Source of the DNA: Alphaproteobacteria bacterium
Lineage (GTDB): Bacteria; Pseudomonadota; Alphaproteobacteria; Rs-D84
Reading direction: 5' to 3'
DNA: 64,000 nucleotides
NCBI GenBank assembly: GCA_016927735.1
Contig: JAFGMC010000010.1
Span: 5,649 to 69,648, forward strand
Position 1 is the first letter of the stretch. Each line of letters starts with the position of its first letter. This document shows positions 58,632-64,000 of this stretch, piece after piece. The translations under genes were made by a program, and so were the position numbers. Below the pieces are notes generated by a model. That model searched no databases. It saw nothing but the letters and a program-made list of their open reading frames with translations, and was not told where the DNA came from.

Positions 58632-60149
58632 TTATAATTCGTTCATCAGTTTATTATAAATCTTTTGATCTGTCAGGATTTTTACAGAAACTGCCTGGGA
58701 TAAATAATCCTCATCTTCACCACTGGTAATTACCGGACAACCCTTTCTGATTTCGTCTATGGACACATCCATATTTTTATTAAAATCCTTGGCCCGAAAA
58801 TCGCCATTTATAACATTCAGAAAGAATGCGCCTTGTTGACTATCACTTCTTATATTAGACAAACATACCAATGGGAATATTCCACGACCATCTATATCAT
58901 TACCCTGACCTGTTTTAATTGATTTATTTAATAACTCTAATGCACCACCATTATTTAAATCTATTTTTGTCGCAATGCGTGCATTACCAGATGTTGGTGT
59001 TCCAATTAAAATACCACGACCGTTTTCATAAAAAGCTGATGCAACTGCCTCTGCTGTACCACTGGTTGTATTTGAAACCAAAACAACAACTGGTGCATCT
59101 GTGACAGCTTTGCCCCCTGGAACAACTTCTACTTCGGACTTGGATGTTTCAATAATACGCATTACTGGTACCTGACCTAGAAATAATCCTGATAATTTCG
59201 CAGCAGCGCTTTCATCATCACCGGTTGCACTGCGCAAATCCAAAACAATACCTGAAACATCGTTATATTTTGCAAGTGCTTCGTTTATAATAGAAACAGA
59301 TCCATCTGTTACACGATGAACAACTATTTCCAATATACTGGGGGTTTCGCCGATACCAGTTCTGTGAATTACATCTGCATCCGCAAGAACAATCGTTGCA
59401 CGACGCAACACAACAGATTTTTCACCTGACGGTGTTAATAATTTTAATTTCAAAGTACCAGAGTTAAATCCGGAAAACATTGAATTAATATCTGCATCAT
59501 TCATATCAGATATATTAATACTATTTATTGTTTTTATTAAATCACCTGATTTAACACCTGCAACATCAGCACTGGAATCTTTATATACGCCCTGTACACG
59601 GAAATTTCCACGTGTATCACGAATACCTTCTAAACCAACACTGGTCAATATTCTACCATCTTCCAATACTTCGGCCTGCTTTGAGTAAATATATCTACCA
59701 TTTTCGTCCAGACCACGAATCAATGCATCTACAACGGTTTGATACATTTCGCTTTCACTTGCTTTTTCCAGTTCTGGAATCAGAGCACGAAACTTTAAAA
59801 CAAGAGCTGTTGTAATCTGACCAAAACCATCCCAATTACCCGCAGATGGGCGTGGATAGTTCGCAATAATTGAATCTTTCCACACCAGGACAACACGATC
59901 ATCTGTTGCGGCAATATGTGCGTTTGGACTGATCTTTTCCAAACTTTCAATTGCAAAATTTATGTTTTTTCCACCCCAACTGACTGTATCGAGTTTCTGA
60001 TATATATCAGCAAATACAGCCGATACATCAAATACATTTATGCCAGCCTGGACAGGTTCATCTTTATCAAATAAATCTGCTGCACTCAGCGGTCCAGCAA
60101 ACAAAATACAGGGTAAAAGCACAGATAAAAACAATCTTTTTATTTTCAT
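58632..60149 (-). CDS. S41/CtpA-like PDZ protease homologue, probably catalytically inactive
   Basis: Signal peptide, PDZ (SSADVAGVKSGDLI), VLDLR, PVVVLVS..TSGTAE, GTPTSGNA, IDGRGIFP. Confidence 0.8.
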   Translation of the reverse strand: MKIKRLFLSVLLPCILFAGPLSAADLFDKDEPVQAGINVFDVSAVFADIYQKLDTVSWGGKNINFAIESLEKISPNAHIAATDDRVVLVWKDSIIANYPRPSAGNWDGFGQITTALVLKFRALIPELEKASESEMYQTVVDALIRGLDENGRYIYSKQAEVLEDGRILTSVGLEGIRDTRGNFRVQGVYKDSSADVAGVKSGDLIKTINSINISDMNDADINSMFSGFNSGTLKLKLLTPSGEKSVVLRRATIVLADADVIHRTGIGETPSILEIVVHRVTDGSVSIINEALAKYNDVSGIVLDLRSATGDDESAAAKLSGLFLGQVPVMRIIETSKSEVEVVPGGKAVTDAPVVVLVSNTTSGTAEAVASAFYENGRGILIGTPTSGNARIATKIDLNNGGALELLNKSIKTGQGNDIDGRGIFPLVCLSNIRSDSQQGAFFLNVINGDFRAKDFNKNMDVSIDEIRKGCPVITSGEDEDYLSQAVSVKILTDQKIYNKLMNEL

Positions 60150-60170
60150 AGTTTCACCCTTTATTCTTAT

Positions 60171-61040
60171 TTATTTAGAATCCATTTTACGCAAATTAAA
60201 GTGGTATAAAATAACATTAGAAATATAAATACTTGTCAATGTTCCCATAATAATCGCAAATATCATTGCAACCGAGAAATCGCGCAAAATAGAACCTCCA
60301 AATGCATATAAACCAACCATCGCAAGCAGTGTTGATACGGATGTCATAACCGTTCTGCGCAACATTTCGTTAACAGATAAATCCACTAAATCTGTCATTG
60401 GCATTTTATGATATTTATTTATATTTTCTTCAATTCTGTCATAGTTAACAACCTTGTCATTAATAGAATACCCTATTCCCATTAAAATCACCGCAATTGA
60501 TGTCTGGTTGAATTCCAACCCCATAATAGAAAAGAATCCGAACATTAAAACAAAGTCCAGAATCAGTGATACAAAAGACCCAACTGCATATCCACCCCTG
60601 TATTGAATCCAAATATAAATAGACATTAATATAAACGATACTAAAATTGCCCAAATTCCACCACGAACCAATTCTCCGCCAATTTTTGGTCCAACAATTT
60701 GTACATGTGAATAATCAACCCTATCCCCCAGAATATTTTTTATTTCACGCACACGTTGGTTTTGTTGTTCATCAGTTGCACCCTTTGGTAATCCAACACG
60801 AACCAAAATTGATTTATTATCATCAATTGATTGTAATTCAGGTTTAAAATTTACCAAATCACTACGCATTTTATCAATTGTATAATCTGCAGATTTTGGT
60901 GTAATTTCCATCGCAATACCACCTGCAAAATCAATACCATAATTTAAGCCGCGTGTAAATAATGATAAAATAGACAAAACAACAAACAAACCTGATACCC
61001 AATAAGACAGTTTTCTATATTTCATAAAATGTAGTTTCAT
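60171..61040 (-). CDS. secF: Protein translocase subunit SecF
   Basis: GIDFAGG, VGPKIG.EL, IGYSINDKVV.YDRI, RTVMTS. Confidence 0.96.
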   Translation of the reverse strand: MKLHFMKYRKLSYWVSGLFVVLSILSLFTRGLNYGIDFAGGIAMEITPKSADYTIDKMRSDLVNFKPELQSIDDNKSILVRVGLPKGATDEQQNQRVREIKNILGDRVDYSHVQIVGPKIGGELVRGGIWAILVSFILMSIYIWIQYRGGYAVGSFVSLILDFVLMFGFFSIMGLEFNQTSIAVILMGIGYSINDKVVNYDRIEENINKYHKMPMTDLVDLSVNEMLRRTVMTSVSTLLAMVGLYAFGGSILRDFSVAMIFAIIMGTLTSIYISNVILYHFNLRKMDSK

Positions 61041-61069
61041 AAACAGCTCCTTTGGCCTTTACGCCATAA

Positions 61070-62620
61070 TTATTTTATAAATCCGATTTTTTTATTCTTG
61101 CCATTCATCCACCAATCAATAATTACTCTGGACAAAAGCATACATGTAAACAACGTTGTCACAATACCAATTGACAAAGTGACCGCAAATCCACGAATTG
61201 GTCCTGCACCAAACTGGAACAATATTAAAGAACAAATCAAAGTTGTCAAATTTCCATCCATAACCGCCTTGGTAGAACGATGAAATCCAGCATCAATTGC
61301 ACGCAGTGTTGAACTGCCTGCCCTGACTTCATCACGAATACGTTCAAACGGCAAAATATTTGCGTCCACCGCCATACCCAATGTCAGAACGATACCTGCA
61401 ATACCAGGTAATGTCAGCGTTGCGCCAAACAATGCAGACACACCTATAATCATAGCTAAATTAACCATTAACACAACATCGGCAATCAGGCCAAAACTGC
61501 GATATAAAATAAACATAAACATTACTATGAATAAAAATCCAGCGGCGGCACCAATTTTACCAGCCGCAATTGTATCAGCACCTAAACCCGCACCAACGGT
61601 ACGTTCTTCAATAACAGAAAGTGGTGCTGGTAATGCACCTGATCTTAACAAAACAGCCAAATCTTTTGCCTTTTGCAATGTAAATCCACCAGATATTTGA
61701 CCACGACCACCTGGGATTGGTTCACGAATTGTTGGTGCAGATAAAACATTATCATCCAATACAATCGCAAATCTTTCATTTACATGTTCAGTCGTTAATT
61801 TTGCAAACTTACGCGCACCTGTTGCATCAAAAACAGTTGTAACAACTGGCATATTATTTTGATCAAAATCAGCTTGTGAATCTTTCAGATTTTCACCTGA
61901 CACCTCTATACGTGAATAAACAGGAATTAATTGTGGTGATTCAATCAAAGGTAAAAATTCTGTACCAGCTGGTGCACGACCACTAGCCAATTGTTCTGGC
62001 GACACATTTTCATTAACCAAATGAAATGATAATTTTGCAGTTTGACCGATTAATTCCTTGATACGTTCTGGATTATCAACACCTGGTAATTGTACAAGGA
62101 CATACTTACCACCTTGGGTTTGAATCGAAGGTTCTTTTGTTCCCAGCGCATCAATACGACGACGAACAATTTCTATACTGCGGGATAAAGCATCTGTAAT
62201 CATATCTGATCTTTGTTTATCAGAATAAGAAACAGTTATAATATTACCGTTTGATTCAACATCAACTTCTCTTCCCAGTTCGCTTTTTAAACGTCCTTTG
62301 GCACGTGAAACTTCTTCTTTATCGCGAATTATCATGGAAATTTTATCTCCTATTCTTCGCATATTAGAAAAACGAATTACACCCTTATCACGATTAATCA
62401 TTGCAGATCTTGCACTGTCATATAATTGCACAGACTTTTCCTTGAACATAGTGTCTGTATCAACCTCTAATAACAATTGTGCACCACCTTTTAAATCCAA
62501 ACCTAATGAAATTGGTTGAATCCAAGAAGGAAAGAATTTAGTTGAACCAGGGATTATAGTTGGTACAGCCAACAATACACCAAACACTGCAACAAAAATT
62601 ATTGCCAGTTTTTTAAACAT
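61070..62620 (-). CDS. secD: Protein translocase subunit SecD
   Basis: LGLDLKGG, RRRIDALG..EP, LRSGALPAP, GMAVDAN..FERI. Confidence 0.97.
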   Translation of the reverse strand: MFKKLAIIFVAVFGVLLAVPTIIPGSTKFFPSWIQPISLGLDLKGGAQLLLEVDTDTMFKEKSVQLYDSARSAMINRDKGVIRFSNMRRIGDKISMIIRDKEEVSRAKGRLKSELGREVDVESNGNIITVSYSDKQRSDMITDALSRSIEIVRRRIDALGTKEPSIQTQGGKYVLVQLPGVDNPERIKELIGQTAKLSFHLVNENVSPEQLASGRAPAGTEFLPLIESPQLIPVYSRIEVSGENLKDSQADFDQNNMPVVTTVFDATGARKFAKLTTEHVNERFAIVLDDNVLSAPTIREPIPGGRGQISGGFTLQKAKDLAVLLRSGALPAPLSVIEERTVGAGLGADTIAAGKIGAAAGFLFIVMFMFILYRSFGLIADVVLMVNLAMIIGVSALFGATLTLPGIAGIVLTLGMAVDANILPFERIRDEVRAGSSTLRAIDAGFHRSTKAVMDGNLTTLICSLILFQFGAGPIRGFAVTLSIGIVTTLFTCMLLSRVIIDWWMNGKNKKIGFIK

Positions 62621-62646
62621 GTTTTTTGCCTTTATCCTTATTATTC

Positions 62647-62952
62647 TTATTCTACAATTGCAACAGCGTTTTTATTAACTTCTATTACAACACCTTTGGC
62701 AACTTCTAAATCAATTGTATTTTCTTTGATTTTCTTGATAATTCCATAAATACCAGCAGCCATAACACGATTTCCAACCTTCAAAGAATCGAGCATTTTC
62801 TGATATTCACCCATACGCTTTTTATTTGGACGTATCATAAAGAAATAAATTACAGCGAATATTACCAAGCAATAAACAATCAGTCCCATAGTATCGTTTT
62901 TAGGTACTGCATTTGTTGCTGTATTAACTGCATCTATTGTCTGTGTGTTCAT
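62647..62952 (-). CDS. yajC: Preprotein translocase subunit YajC
   Basis: YFFMIRP, LKVG.RV...GIYG; upstream of secD. Confidence 0.93.
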   Translation of the reverse strand: MNTQTIDAVNTATNAVPKNDTMGLIVYCLVIFAVIYFFMIRPNKKRMGEYQKMLDSLKVGNRVMAAGIYGIIKKIKENTIDLEVAKGVVIEVNKNAVAIVE

Positions 62953-63139
62953 AGAAATCTCCTTTTGATTATGGGGCTCAGATTAATAAAAAAACGATAA
63001 AGTGTAAAGCAAAATAGTTAGTTTTTCTTACAAAATTGAGATTATACATCCATAAATTCTAGTATATTTAATTTTTTATATAAAATTATTGACAAATATT
63101 TATACTGTATAGTATAGTTCTAGACCAAAGGCTGTTTTA

Positions 63140-63661
63140 ATGAAAAAGAAATTTACAGTAATTATATTATCAACGATACTTTTTGGCAGTGTCACTTATA
63201 ATGTATATCAAATACGTATTATTAACAAATTCAAAAAGCCTGTAAAAAGGATTGCAAAAATTTATGATTCTTCAAGATCTTGTATAGAGGCACAAGAGAA
63301 GGAATTAATTGATATAAATTGTAAAATAAAAACAAACACTGTTGATAAAAAGAATATTGAAAAAGGAATCCGTGATATCAACAATTCTTTTTATAAATAT
63401 CCTATGTATTCAATGACAGATAAAGAAAAAGAAAATTGGGAAAACCTTATAAGTAGTAAATTTACAATGAATCTTGAATTGCAAAATAAATTAAAATCTT
63501 TAAACAAACAAGATGCATATCTGGACAGCTTAATTGGCAGATTAAATATAGAAAAATACTATTTAGATAAAAAAGTAATACAACAAAAAGCTAGTGTTTA
63601 CACAAAATTTTTGGAAGATATGAATACATTAAAACAATTAGTAAAAGAATCTGTTAAATAA
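63140..63661 (+). CDS. Hypothetical protein with N-terminal TM/signal and coiled coil
   Basis: 173-aa ORF; TTGACA followed by TATAGT promoter-like elements upstream. Confidence 0.65.
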   Translation: MKKKFTVIILSTILFGSVTYNVYQIRIINKFKKPVKRIAKIYDSSRSCIEAQEKELIDINCKIKTNTVDKKNIEKGIRDINNSFYKYPMYSMTDKEKENWENLISSKFTMNLELQNKLKSLNKQDAYLDSLIGRLNIEKYYLDKKVIQQKASVYTKFLEDMNTLKQLVKESVK

Positions 63662-63685
63662 AAACCTTGTTTTAATGTTTTTTAA

Positions 63686-64000
63686 CTAAATACGTTCAAA
63701 CCAAGTATCTATTTCCGATATTTTTATTATTTTATAAACAGGACGACCGTGATTACATTGACCAGCGCGCTCTGTATTTTCTATATCGCGCAATAACTTA
63801 TCCATCTGTACCCAATCCAATCTTTGCCCTGCACGTACAGAATGATGACATGCATAATTTGCCAATTTCAAATGTAATTTTTCATGCAATTGCGAAGAAT
63901 GTCCATTTTCGGATACTTCATCCGAGATATCATGTAATAATTTCTTCCAGTTCAAATCCCAATCAGCTGGTTTTTCAAATATTGCAATTGCATCATCACC
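63686..64000 (-). CDS. mutL: DNA mismatch repair protein MutL, C-terminal part (truncated by window edge)
   Basis: ACHHSVRAG and CNHGRP endonuclease motifs; frame is open to 64000. Confidence 0.93.
   Translation of the reverse strand, partial: GDDAIAIFEKPADWDLNWKKLLHDISDEVSENGHSSQLHEKLHLKLANYACHHSVRAGQRLDWVQMDKLLRDIENTERAGQCNHGRPVYKIIKISEIDTWFERI

Noticed and set aside
1-64000. CRISPR array, rRNA or alternative genetic code
   Set aside because: No regularly spaced repeats or rRNA-like sequence; conserved genes translate intact under the standard bacterial code, with TGA used as a stop (e.g. gatB)

Overview
AT-rich, gene-dense chromosomal segment of a small-genome alphaproteobacterium. The assignment rests on MucR/Ros, alpha-type ParE and DksA, and gatCAB; the many orphan Cys-rich secreted proteins suggest an uncultured host-associated lineage such as Rs-D84, which is inference only. 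Most of the window is shuffled housekeeping genes: uvrC, pgsA, dnaJ, parE, dnaA, dprA, plsY, rpsT, sufBC and sufS/T/E, gatCAB, miaB, tatABC, lolA, recJ, ftsL-ftsI, trxA, dksA, thrS, gltX, trmB, rarA, ftsK, secDF-yajC and mutL, plus tRNA-Phe and tRNA-Lys. No integrase, transposase, phage structural gene or CRISPR array was seen. The strongest signal is a 72-nt tRNA-sized cloverleaf RNA with the architecture of phage C4/CI antisense RNAs (43436-43507). It has one complementary target upstream and a second inside the first codons of a Cys-rich secreted protein gene, and it overlaps a terminator, so it looks like a phage-type RNA switch wired to a surface-protein gene. Other notable items: an unannotated Thr6 leader peptide upstream of thrS, a G6-tract frameshift in an outer-membrane protein gene, a YbeY-Lnt fusion, a DnaA lacking both key AAA+ arginines behind a long structured leader, an apparently inactive HNH toxin with a SUKH immunity gene, an inactive-looking S41 protease, and an isolated type IVb secretin/TcpQ pair. 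All assignments come from motif recognition by eye; no searches were run.
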